A DNA stretch of 56,007 nucleotides from Parcubacteria group bacterium GW2011_GWA2_48_9 (lineage in GTDB: Bacteria > Patescibacteriota > Patescibacteriia > UBA10025), in NCBI GenBank assembly GCA_001003705.1, contig LCPQ01000001.1:1-56007 (forward strand). Direction: 5' to 3'. Every line of letters begins with the position of its first letter. Position 1 is the stretch's first letter. This document shows positions 1 through 8,961 of the stretch, piece by piece. Both the position numbers and the translations under genes were made by a program. Under the pieces are notes generated by a model. That model searched no databases and had not been told where the DNA came from. It saw only the letters and a list, made by a program, of their open reading frames with translations.

Positions 1-33
1 AAAAAATTAAAAGTTTCTTTTGCCACTATTAAT

Positions 34-1200
34 TTGATAAAAAATTCTAAACTTCGGGGCGGCAGCGGATATAGGCATTTGCTTGAAATATTGAGAAAAC
101 TCGGGGCAAATATCACCTTCGAAAACGGCACAGTTACGATCCAAGCATCGCAACTTGCTCTGACAAAGCCTGACTACCAGCTCGTGAAACACATGCGAGC
201 TTCATTGGTGATAGTCGGCCCTATGCTTGCTCGACTCGGGGAGGTTATCTTGCCACATCCAGGTGGATGTTTGATAGGCGCGAGACCAATTAATACACAT
301 ACAAATGCACTCGCGCAACTTGGCGTTTCTCTCGAACAGAAAGACGATCTATATCATTTCCGCGCCCCACGTCTATTGGGTGCACGGGTGGTGCTCGACG
401 AAATGAGTGTTTCAGCGACAGAGAATGTACTTTTAGCAGCATGTTTAGCGGACGGGAAAACAGAAATACATCTCGCGGCTTCAGAGCCAGAGATTGTGGA
501 TTTAGCAAAATTTCTCAAGTCAATGGGGGCCAAGATTCAAGGTGAGGGCACTTCTGTCATAAGCGTTGAGGGTGTCAGGGAACTTCATGGAGCAGAGCAT
601 CACCTCATACCTGATAGAATGGAAGCAGGGACGCTCGCGATAGCCGCCGCTGTCAGTAGAGGAGATGTGCGTATAAAAAAAATCATTCCCGACCATTTGG
701 ATGCCGTGCTTAACGTATTTCGAAAAGCTAATGTCTCGTTCGCACTCGAGGAACATTCAGGTCTTTATGCGACACTTCATGTGAAACCCACCACGATATT
801 TGAGCCGGTCCATATCGATACAAGGCCGTACCCGGGGTTCCCTACGGATCTTCAAGCACCGTGTAGCGTACTCATGACGCAAGCTCGGGGAACGAGTAAG
901 ATTTTTGAAACAATGTATGATAGTCGTCTCGGGTACATTAAAGAACTTGTCCGTATGGGTGCTATCGCAACAGTTGTTGATTCGCATACTGCAGTCATCG
1001 AAGGCCCTACGGCTCTCACTGGCAAGCGCATTACTTCTCTCGACATTCGTGCGGGAGCCACGCTGCTTATTGCCGCTCTCATAGCTCAAGGAGAAAGTGT
1101 TTTGGAACACGTGGAGCTTATTGACCGTGGGTATGAAAACATTGATGAAAGACTAAAGAATCTTGGGGCCAATATTCAACGTCAACAAACTCATGATTGA
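34..1200 (+). CDS. murA: UDP-N-acetylglucosamine 1-carboxyvinyltransferase, N-terminus missing
   Basis: Motifs MRAS, PGGCLIGARP (catalytic Cys loop), SVSATEN, PDRMEAGT, PYPGFPTDLQ, DIRAGA, IDRGYE. MurA-like sequence only begins at about nt 73 (RHLLEIL). Confidence 0.93.
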   Translation: MIKNSKLRGGSGYRHLLEILRKLGANITFENGTVTIQASQLALTKPDYQLVKHMRASLVIVGPMLARLGEVILPHPGGCLIGARPINTHTNALAQLGVSLEQKDDLYHFRAPRLLGARVVLDEMSVSATENVLLAACLADGKTEIHLAASEPEIVDLAKFLKSMGAKIQGEGTSVISVEGVRELHGAEHHLIPDRMEAGTLAIAAAVSRGDVRIKKIIPDHLDAVLNVFRKANVSFALEEHSGLYATLHVKPTTIFEPVHIDTRPYPGFPTDLQAPCSVLMTQARGTSKIFETMYDSRLGYIKELVRMGAIATVVDSHTAVIEGPTALTGKRITSLDIRAGATLLIAALIAQGESVLEHVELIDRGYENIDERLKNLGANIQRQQTHD

Positions 1201-2458
1201 GGAACTTCATTCGACAATACCGCCAGCCAACCGTAGAAATCGTAGTACAAGTTTCACCATTCTTCTTGTGCTTGTTGGTGCTTCGATTTTTCTCTCATTG
1301 GGGTACATTATTGGTGTGTGGATGACTGTATCGACGTCTTCGCAAACGACGTTTGATGATTTTGTTTCGGCATTTCCAGATGTGTTAAATGGTACCCCAA
1401 CTGATTATGCAACATTTGAAGATGTGCTGACTTCCATTCGCTCCCGTTTTGTATTTGATGTTCCAAAAGACCGTGATTTGTATTACGGTGCTTTGGCTGG
1501 CATTGTTGCGAGCCTCCAAGATCCATACTCTGCATTTTTCAATCCTGAAATCACGGATGAGTTTAATACTGAATTGGAGGGGGAATTCGATGGAATCGGC
1601 GCTGAGATAGGCTTCAAGGACGGGCAGCTTGTTGTTATTGCCCCGCTCCAGGATTCACCGGCTTCTCTCGCAGGATTAAGGCCAAATGACGCTATTCTCA
1701 CTATAGACGGTGTTGACAGTGCCGTGCTAACCCTTCCCGAGGCTGTTTCAAAAATACGTGGCCCAAAAGGTACTACAGTGACATTAGACATTCTTCGCGA
1801 AAACAATGGTACGCCCTTTTCAGTGTCAGTTGAGCGGGATACTATCAATATCGAAAGCGTTACTTGGGAAATGGGAGAGAACGGCATAGGATATATTCAG
1901 ATCACGAATTTCGATGCCAATGCCGAAAGCGGCTTTGACAATGCGGTGCGATCACTGATAGTTCAAGACCCGCGCGGCATCATTCTCGATGTACGCGATA
2001 ATCCCGGAGGTTTTCTCGATGCTTCAGTCCATATTGCCGCCGCATTTCTTCCTTCTGCGGACGATGTAGTAGTAGTTGAGCGTTTTCGAAATAAAGAAGA
2101 AAAACAATACCAGGCTGGCGATCAAGCTGGCATGCTCACCGATATTCCAGTAGTTGTTCTCGTTAATGGCGGCAGTGCATCAGCATCCGAAATAGTCGCA
2201 GGGGCACTTAAAGACCACGAACGAGCGACTATCCTCGGAGAAACGACGTTTGGGAAAGGTACAGTCCAAGACCTCGAGGAATTTGGGGACGGTTCATCCT
2301 TAAAACTGACTATTGCAGAATGGCTAACACCAGACGGGAACTCGATTGACGCACACGGCATTGAGCCAGGAGTCACTGTCGAATTCACTCAAGAGGACCG
2401 GGATGCCGAGCGGGACCCACAGAGGGACTCAGCAGAAGAATTGTTGCTACAGCCATGA
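1193..2458 (+). CDS. S41 family C-terminal processing peptidase (CtpA-like) with PDZ domain
   Basis: N-terminal TM helix; DPYS, GIGAEI (PDZ), LDVRDNPGG, SASASEIVAGAL, TFGKGTVQ. The ATG at 1193 overlaps the murA end. Confidence 0.92.
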   Translation: MIEELHSTIPPANRRNRSTSFTILLVLVGASIFLSLGYIIGVWMTVSTSSQTTFDDFVSAFPDVLNGTPTDYATFEDVLTSIRSRFVFDVPKDRDLYYGALAGIVASLQDPYSAFFNPEITDEFNTELEGEFDGIGAEIGFKDGQLVVIAPLQDSPASLAGLRPNDAILTIDGVDSAVLTLPEAVSKIRGPKGTTVTLDILRENNGTPFSVSVERDTINIESVTWEMGENGIGYIQITNFDANAESGFDNAVRSLIVQDPRGIILDVRDNPGGFLDASVHIAAAFLPSADDVVVVERFRNKEEKQYQAGDQAGMLTDIPVVVLVNGGSASASEIVAGALKDHERATILGETTFGKGTVQDLEEFGDGSSLKLTIAEWLTPDGNSIDAHGIEPGVTVEFTQEDRDAERDPQRDSAEELLLQP

Positions 2459-2730
2459 TTACGGCGGAGTTCGACGTACACGGGCGGGTTCAGGGTGTTT
2501 CTCTCCGGGCTATGATCCAGGAACAGGCGACGCAGAAAGGACTTACAGGATATGTGAAAAATACATCTGAAGGATCGGTGCGCGTCGTATGCCAAGGCGA
2601 TCCAGATGCAATTAATGCGCTGAGTGCGTGGCTGAAGTCAAACCCCGGTAGTTCGCATATTGACGACGTAACTGTCTCACAATTAGATACGAATATGCAG
2701 TACTCACATTTTACCACCCTATATTCATGA
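2455..2730 (+). CDS. acyP: acylphosphatase
   Basis: VHGRVQGVSLR and GLTGYVKN motifs; 91 aa. Confidence 0.9.
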   Translation: MITAEFDVHGRVQGVSLRAMIQEQATQKGLTGYVKNTSEGSVRVVCQGDPDAINALSAWLKSNPGSSHIDDVTVSQLDTNMQYSHFTTLYS

Positions 2731-3173
2731 AAGTAATTTTTCTGAAAAACATCACAGGCACGGCGAAAAAATACGACGTCAAAGATGTCAAAGAAGGTTT
2801 TGCGAGAAATCATTTGTTACCCCATGGCATCGCCGTTGCCGCAACTCCCGAACAAATGCGTTTCATTAATCTTCAGCGTGAATCGATAGCCAGCGCGTCA
2901 TCTGATATAGAAGCGACAGCGCGATCACTGTCAAAAAAAATCGAGGGGCATACACTCACAATGAAGTTGAAGGCTAATGATCGTGGCCATCTTTATGCTG
3001 GAGTTTCAGCGAAAGAGATATCGAAGCAGATGTACAAACAATTTGCCGTCCTAATCGGTGATACATCTATTCACATTTTAGAGCCCATCAGGTCGGTTGG
3101 TGAACACACTATCTCTCTTACGGTAGGTACTACAAAAATACCCTTGCTAATTTTAATAGAACCGATTACTTAG
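2727..3173 (+). CDS. rplI: 50S ribosomal protein L9
   Basis: MKVIFLK...DVKEGFARNHLLP and G.LYAGVS..EI motifs. Confidence 0.95.
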   Translation: MKVIFLKNITGTAKKYDVKDVKEGFARNHLLPHGIAVAATPEQMRFINLQRESIASASSDIEATARSLSKKIEGHTLTMKLKANDRGHLYAGVSAKEISKQMYKQFAVLIGDTSIHILEPIRSVGEHTISLTVGTTKIPLLILIEPIT

Positions 3174-3174
3174 T

Positions 3175-4788
3175 ATGTCAAAACCACGATTTATTTTTGT
3201 CACCGGTGGCGTGTGTTCAGGCTTAGGAAAGGGAATTGTCGCGGCCTCAATCGGGGCGATACTGAAAGCAGCAGATTTTCGAGTATTTAGTCTCAAATTC
3301 GATCCCTATTTGAATGTTGACCCCGGTACGATGAGCCCATACCAACACGGTGAAGTATATGTTTTACGAGATGGTACTGAGACAGACCTTGATTTAGGGC
3401 ATTATGAGCGTTTCCTAGATGTCAATTTAACTGCTGAGAGCAACCTCACTACCGGCCAAGTATACCAAGAAGTAATCGGCAAGGAACGGAAAGGTACGTT
3501 TCTCGGCAAAACAATTCAAGTGATCCCCCATATTACGGATGCTATAAAAAAAAGAATATATTATACCGCTGAATCAAGTAAAGCAGATTTCTTGATTATG
3601 GAAATTGGCGGAACTGTAGGTGATATTGAGGGTGAACCCTTTCTTGAAGCGGCACGACAACTACGACAGGAAGTGGGCCCGCAAAACGCCCTCTATGTTC
3701 ATGTAGCACTCTTGCCGTATTTGAAGACCTCGCACGAATTGAAGACAAAGCCCGTTCAAGCAAGTGTGCGGGAATTGAGGCGCTTGGGCATACAGCCAGA
3801 AATCATTATTGCGAGAGCCGACTACCCGATCAAGAAGGAGCACTTAGAGAAAATTGCACTTTTTTGTGATGTGCCTCTCGAAGCGGTCTTTCCAGCGACG
3901 ACGAGCAAAAGTATTTATGAGGTCCCATTGAATTTAGAACAAAAAAATATTTCTCAAATAATATTCAAGCAGTTTGGTATCGTAAAAAAGCCTAACTTAC
4001 ATTCTTGGAATACCCTAGTCCGGCGTATCAAGCATCCGACGCGTGAAGTGTCCATTGGTATGGTAGGAAAATATACATCACTGGGCGATGCCTATTTAAG
4101 TGTGACAGAAGCGCTGAATTCAGCGGTCTACCACCACAACGCTAAGATGCGACTTCAGTGGATCGATGCAGAATCGCTTGAAAAAAAAGATGAACGCGAA
4201 TGGAACGCACTCAAGCGGGTCGATGGGATCGTTATCCCGGGTGGATTTGGTACGCGCGGCACAGAGGGAAAAATAGCTGCTGCAAAGTATGCGCGAGAAA
4301 ATAAAGTACCGTACCTTGGCCTCTGTTTAGGGATGCAAATTGCTACTATCGAATTTGCGCGAAGCATCCTAAAGACAAAGAATGTAAATAGCACAGAGTT
4401 CGATCCAAAGTCTGCTAATCCGGTTATTCACATCATGCCTGACCAGGAAAAGAAACTATTAAAGCGAGAATACGGCGCCTCAATGCGTCTAGGATCGTGG
4501 AAATGCCGGCTTGTCAAGGATTCTCTGTCATTCAAGGCATATGGCGTAGATGACATCGAAGAACGTCACAGGCATCGGTATGAATTCAATAACACTTACC
4601 GCGAACAGCTCGAGGCTGCAGGATTGCGGATTGCTGGCACGACACCTGATGGCTTACTCGTTGAAATAATTGAGATAAAAGACCATCCATGGTTCGTCGG
4701 TGTCCAGTTTCATCCGGAGTTTCAGTCGCGTCCACTTCGCCCCCACCCGCTTTTTCGAGAGTTTGTTCGTGCTTGTCTGAATAAATAA
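3175..4788 (+). CDS. pyrG: CTP synthase
   Basis: FIFVTGGVCSGLGKG, DPYLNVDPGTM, GLCLGMQ, ERHRHRYE, QFHPEF. Confidence 0.98.
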   Translation: MSKPRFIFVTGGVCSGLGKGIVAASIGAILKAADFRVFSLKFDPYLNVDPGTMSPYQHGEVYVLRDGTETDLDLGHYERFLDVNLTAESNLTTGQVYQEVIGKERKGTFLGKTIQVIPHITDAIKKRIYYTAESSKADFLIMEIGGTVGDIEGEPFLEAARQLRQEVGPQNALYVHVALLPYLKTSHELKTKPVQASVRELRRLGIQPEIIIARADYPIKKEHLEKIALFCDVPLEAVFPATTSKSIYEVPLNLEQKNISQIIFKQFGIVKKPNLHSWNTLVRRIKHPTREVSIGMVGKYTSLGDAYLSVTEALNSAVYHHNAKMRLQWIDAESLEKKDEREWNALKRVDGIVIPGGFGTRGTEGKIAAAKYARENKVPYLGLCLGMQIATIEFARSILKTKNVNSTEFDPKSANPVIHIMPDQEKKLLKREYGASMRLGSWKCRLVKDSLSFKAYGVDDIEERHRHRYEFNNTYREQLEAAGLRIAGTTPDGLLVEIIEIKDHPWFVGVQFHPEFQSRPLRPHPLFREFVRACLNK

Positions 4789-4838
4789 AACACCGCCTTA
4801 CCCCTGGAGCAAAGACGGCACTCCGAGTATCGTTTTGT

Positions 4839-5123
4839 CTACGCTTTTGTCGGGATAACAGCGATGTAGGCAGACAACACACGATGGCCCGTAAATCGCT
4901 TACGGGATTTTTTTGAAAACTTAACCTTTCCACTTTTCAACGCAAAAAGAGTGTCATCATTTCCTCTTCGCACATTTTTGCCTGGGTGGAATTTCGTACC
5001 GCGCTGCCGTACTAAAATACTGCCGGAATGCGCGTATTGACCGTCAAAAATCTTTACACCGAGCCGCTTTGACTTAGAATCCCTGCCAAGGCTGGTCGTT
5101 CCTACACCTTTTACGTGTGCCAT
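4839..5123 (-). CDS. rpmA: 50S ribosomal protein L27
   Basis: MAHVKG...[32 protein letters not shown]. Confidence 0.97.
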   Translation of the reverse strand: MAHVKGVGTTSLGRDSKSKRLGVKIFDGQYAHSGSILVRQRGTKFHPGKNVRRGNDDTLFALKSGKVKFSKKSRKRFTGHRVLSAYIAVIPTKA

Positions 5124-5148
5124 AGTATGTTAATTAGTTCGTAGAAGC

Positions 5149-5177
5149 AGAATAAGGTATGCTAAAAAATTTGTCAA
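5149..5177 (-). promoter_or_regulatory. sigma70-type promoter of rpmA
   Basis: On the minus strand: TTGACA (5177-5172), 17 bp, TATTCT (5154-5149). Confidence 0.7.
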
Positions 5178-5236
5178 TAACCCATGATTCTTAGGGTCTT
5201 CTTGTACAGAAACACCTTGATTGTCGCTACTCAGCA

Positions 5237-5542
5237 TTATCTCGAAAAGATATTACGCACACTAGATACTGTACCTTTTTCGGAAGTTTTATTTGTGTAT
5301 GTTGTTAAAAGGGTTTCGAAAAGGTTCTTATCGATAACAACAGCACGGGCATTAATATCTGATTCCGGAATTTCTTTGGGGATAAAAACAGTTTGGATAA
5401 AGTTTGTATTAACAAAAAAAGCAAAATACACAGTAACGCTGCAGATTACGAAAAAAACCATAAGGTTTACCCGGGAGAGTAACTTACGCCCAAACGGCAT
5501 TGCAGAAAATGCTATTCTTTTTTGTCTCATCGAAAATTTCAT
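5237..5542 (-). CDS. small single-TM protein at the end of the pil operon (PilP position)
   Basis: ATG at 5542 overlaps the pilO TGA (ATGA coupling). One hydrophobic helix (LMVFFVICSVTVYFAFFV). Confidence 0.6.
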   Translation of the reverse strand: MKFSMRQKRIAFSAMPFGRKLLSRVNLMVFFVICSVTVYFAFFVNTNFIQTVFIPKEIPESDINARAVVIDKNLFETLLTTYTNKTSEKGTVSSVRNIFSR

Positions 5543-6078
5543 AAAACTTTTTCGATCCAATATGTTTTTGTCTGAATATCCATCTGCACTATTTCATCTG
5601 CAATGGGAAATATGACCATAGAGAGTGGGGAAACGTAGTATGGCGATGACTCTAGGCGACTCAAGTATTGAATGACTTGGTTTATAGTGCCCGTCAGCGT
5701 AATAGCCAACGGAACTTCCTGGACTTCAGCAGAATCAGTAAGCGGGGATAAGGACAAGTCCTGTGTCACAGATGAAGCATTCGCTATTTCCTCTAAAGAT
5801 GAAACAAATTCCAATGATTTTTCCGATGGAATAATAACCGAATCGAAAGCACTGATGCGATTTTCAATACTTCTAAAATCCTGATTTAAAACAACAAGAT
5901 TCTCTCTCTGTTTTTTTGCACTAGCGAGCTGTACGCGTGCGTCATATAGCTCAGTCGTCAGTGTTGAAATCTTTGTCATGTATGGCTGGACAAAAAACAG
6001 CAGTAATCCCGCACAAACGACAAGCATCGCACCAGCGAATATGTATATTTTTTTATCAGTTGGAATTCTTGTTTTCAT
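5539..6078 (-). CDS. pilO: type IV pilus assembly protein PilO-like
   Basis: N-terminal TM, coiled coil, and a ferredoxin-like C-terminus (ITLTGT..QVIQYLSRLE). Lies after pilMN; start taken at the ATG at 6078. Confidence 0.75.
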   Translation of the reverse strand: MKTRIPTDKKIYIFAGAMLVVCAGLLLFFVQPYMTKISTLTTELYDARVQLASAKKQRENLVVLNQDFRSIENRISAFDSVIIPSEKSLEFVSSLEEIANASSVTQDLSLSPLTDSAEVQEVPLAITLTGTINQVIQYLSRLESSPYYVSPLSMVIFPIADEIVQMDIQTKTYWIEKVL

Positions 6079-6637
6079 CGGAAAGTAATGAAAGATAGTC
6101 ATCAGAGAGTGTTGCCGAGAAGTCAAATTCGATGTTTTCTCTCTGCGTTAGGTTGCTAACTGGTGATGTCCATTCGGTAAAGTATGGTATCTTCTCGACC
6201 TCTGTTCTCAGAGCAATAAGTGAGTCGCGCGTATTGGCAATACCGATAAAATTGACGGTTTGTAGTTTTGCATCTACTAAAAAAGAATCAAGTGTTATTC
6301 CCTCAGGGATGCGGGTGAGTAAGTTATACACGACAGGACTTAGTGGGTTATACGCATCCTCAATAGTCTTAATTACTTTGAGTTGTTGATTGATCTTCTG
6401 GGTACTTTCGACAACTGTGCCGCCACGGTCGACTACCGTCGCGTTAGTTGTTTCTTGAATTAGTTCTTGGGTGTCACTAATTTTACGTTGAAGCATATTC
6501 TCGTTGAGAAAAAGTATTCCAGCAATACACACGACGAAGATGCCCACAGCAATAACAAATGTCTTTATTGCCATAGACACAACAGTAGTTTTGAGTGAAG
6601 CGCGCTTTTGTACTGGTAAAAGATTGATAATGATCAT
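6056..6637 (-). CDS. pilN: type IV pilus assembly protein PilN-like
   Basis: N-terminal INLLP PilM-binding motif, TM helix, IPEGITL. Confidence 0.85.
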   Translation of the reverse strand: MIIINLLPVQKRASLKTTVVSMAIKTFVIAVGIFVVCIAGILFLNENMLQRKISDTQELIQETTNATVVDRGGTVVESTQKINQQLKVIKTIEDAYNPLSPVVYNLLTRIPEGITLDSFLVDAKLQTVNFIGIANTRDSLIALRTEVEKIPYFTEWTSPVSNLTQRENIEFDFSATLSDDYLSLLSDENKNSN

Positions 6638-7704
6638 ACCATCATAGAATCAGGGGAGAGGTGTGGTCTTAACGCTAATCCAACTGCTGTGGTAAACGAG
6701 CGTATATGAGTCTGAGGGATAAGAGTTTGCTTCGCTAGGGAGGGGGTTATTTCAGCTGGGTTGCCAATGGAGACTGGTAATGAAATTTTTTCCTTGAAAT
6801 ACTGCTCCATGCCAATCATTTGACTTACGCCGCCACTCAGGACGATTGATATGTCGTGCTTCTTGTTTAGACTGTTTTTATAAAAATTAATAATTTCGTC
6901 AATTTTATAGAAAATTGGTTCAAGCAATGGTAGTACTACAGTGCGGACGGCTCCTCGCCCTTTTCGTTGGTCCAAGCCGCAAATTTGTTTCGCTTTTTCT
7001 GCTTGTTCTGGCGTGAGACTGAGTTTTCTAGCAATGCTATTGGTCATTTCTTGCCCAGAAATTTCAATCGTCGAAGAATAATGTATGCCTCCCTCATCGT
7101 ACAGGATGAGCGAGGTCCGGCTTGCCCCAATGTCGACAAAAATAGTGGCCAACTCGTCGTGAACCGGCATCAACGCTCGTGCAATAGCTCCTGATTCTGT
7201 TTCCAGAACCACTGGTGTGAGCCCTGCTTTTTCCAGCATCGAAACGTATGATTCCGGAATTGTTTTAGGAATTACTGCGACTGCAGCCCTCAACGTGGCA
7301 TGCTTTTGATCCTGTGAAATAACCTGCCAATCGTAGGCTACCTCATCCATAGTTACCGGGATGTTCTGCTCAATGCCCCAACGAATAGTCCCAGCCATCT
7401 CTTTTTCTGGAACAAGAGGGATATCAATAACTTTAAAAAAAGTTTTTCGTTCCGGAAGAGACGCAATAACGTAGTGTGACCTGACTCTTTTTCCCGATAC
7501 TCCCTCTACCAGTTTTTTTACTAGGTTTGCTACAGCTAGCTCATTTAGGATCTCACCGTTAGTAATCATTCCTTGTGGCACGACTATTTCATTGGCACAA
7601 CGGAGTGATAGATGTTTTCTCGACTTGTCAAATTGAACAAGACGCAGGCGCAGATCGCTTATGTCGATTCCAAACGCTTTTAAAAATGGATTAAACGAAA
7701 GCAT
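6634..7704 (-). CDS. pilM: type IV pilus assembly protein PilM
   Basis: Actin-like fold motifs FGIDIS, VDIGASRT, VLSGG, AVGLALR. Confidence 0.93.
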   Translation of the reverse strand: MLSFNPFLKAFGIDISDLRLRLVQFDKSRKHLSLRCANEIVVPQGMITNGEILNELAVANLVKKLVEGVSGKRVRSHYVIASLPERKTFFKVIDIPLVPEKEMAGTIRWGIEQNIPVTMDEVAYDWQVISQDQKHATLRAAVAVIPKTIPESYVSMLEKAGLTPVVLETESGAIARALMPVHDELATIFVDIGASRTSLILYDEGGIHYSSTIEISGQEMTNSIARKLSLTPEQAEKAKQICGLDQRKGRGAVRTVVLPLLEPIFYKIDEIINFYKNSLNKKHDISIVLSGGVSQMIGMEQYFKEKISLPVSIGNPAEITPSLAKQTLIPQTHIRSFTTAVGLALRPHLSPDSMMV

Positions 7705-7715
7705 ACGCTATGACA

Positions 7716-7744
7716 AGTATACCATCAGGGATGGTGATATTAAA
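7716..7744 (-). promoter_or_regulatory. possible internal extended -10 promoter for pilMNO
   Basis: On the minus strand: TGG-TATACT (7724-7716), with a weak -35 TTTAAT at 17 bp. Confidence 0.4.
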
Positions 7745-8957
7745 ACGCCTCCGAAAGGTTATAAATGGGTAGAATAATTGACACGGCAAGTCCAGCGACT
7801 CCAGCCCCAAGGCCGAGCATGAGCACTGGTTCAATAATTGTTGATAAGTTTTGCATTGTTTGGTCTACATCTTCCTCGAAGAACTGGGCAACCTCAGCAA
7901 CAATTGTGTCTAACGTTCCACTTTCTTCGCCCACATTGATCATTTGAGTTACGATAGCAGGAAAAAGCTGTGGACGTTTCTCAAGCGTTTTTGCTATACT
8001 GACGCCTTTTTTAACTTGCTCCGCTGCTTCAACCATCACATTTCGGTAGTGAACATTGCCAAGAGTTCGGGAAATAATTTGGAGTGTTTGTACGATCGGA
8101 ATATCTGTTTTGAGAAGTGAACTCAAGCTTCTAGTAAAGCGGGCGAGATTAACTTTCTTTATAATCGGGCCAGCTATAGGGACTTTGAGAAGTAATAGGT
8201 GGTAATAATATTTTCCGCGCTCAGTTTTAATAATGCGTAAAAGAATAACAGTGATAATGACAATAGCAAGAAGCGCCCAATGTCCTTGTGTTGAAACAAA
8301 GTTCGTTATAGCAATGAGAATTCGCGTTGGGGTGGGAAGTTCTACCGAAGCTTCCTCGAAAACCGACAAAAGATTTGGTAGAACAAAAAGCATCATCGCT
8401 ATAATAAGACCAATCATTGCAACCACAACAATAACGGGGTACGTCATCGCAGACTTTATTTTGGCAATAAGCGTATGATCTTTTTTCATTTGCACTGTGA
8501 GCTGATTAAGCACTTCATCCAATTTGCCGCTCACTTCACCTGCGGCAACCATATTAACAAAAAGTTCTGAAAAGATTTTTTTGTGTTTACGTATAGCGTC
8601 TGAGAAAGTTTTGCCGCTTTCTACATCCTGCTTCATCTCCATTATAATTTCACGGAAGCCCTTACTTGGTGTCTGGATTGCGAGTGTGTTAAGAGCGTTT
8701 GAAAGAGAAAAACCAGTTCGGATCATAACCTGCAAATTTTGAGTAAAAAAGATTTTCTGTATATGACTTACCCGCGTGTTAGAAAAGAATTTGCTGAAGA
8801 ATCCTTTTTTTGCGCTGGACATTACAACCTTCGCGCTAGTCAGAATAAGGTTTTCACTCGACAAGTGCTCTGCAAGTTCCTTCTCGCTTTGTATTGTGAG
8901 TCGACCTTCTTTAGCCTGGCCGTCCTTTGTACGAGCGGTGTATTCGTAGAGTGGCAT
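7740..8957 (-). CDS. pilC: type IV pilus platform protein PilC (T2SS F family)
   Basis: Two GspF repeats: AGEVSGKLDEVL, KSAMTYP, VGEESGTLD, IIEPVLM. Confidence 0.95.
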   Translation of the reverse strand: MPLYEYTARTKDGQAKEGRLTIQSEKELAEHLSSENLILTSAKVVMSSAKKGFFSKFFSNTRVSHIQKIFFTQNLQVMIRTGFSLSNALNTLAIQTPSKGFREIIMEMKQDVESGKTFSDAIRKHKKIFSELFVNMVAAGEVSGKLDEVLNQLTVQMKKDHTLIAKIKSAMTYPVIVVVAMIGLIIAMMLFVLPNLLSVFEEASVELPTPTRILIAITNFVSTQGHWALLAIVIITVILLRIIKTERGKYYYHLLLLKVPIAGPIIKKVNLARFTRSLSSLLKTDIPIVQTLQIISRTLGNVHYRNVMVEAAEQVKKGVSIAKTLEKRPQLFPAIVTQMINVGEESGTLDTIVAEVAQFFEEDVDQTMQNLSTIIEPVLMLGLGAGVAGLAVSIILPIYNLSEAF

Positions 8958-8961
8958 ATGG

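Noticed and set aside
4789-4838. Bidirectional terminator between convergent pyrG and rpmA
   Set aside because: Only a weak GGAG/CTCC stem with no adjacent U-tract; not supportable.
5184-5615. 143-aa plus-strand ORF
   Set aside because: It is antisense to the coupled pilO and small-TM genes and has no motif; a likely shadow ORF.
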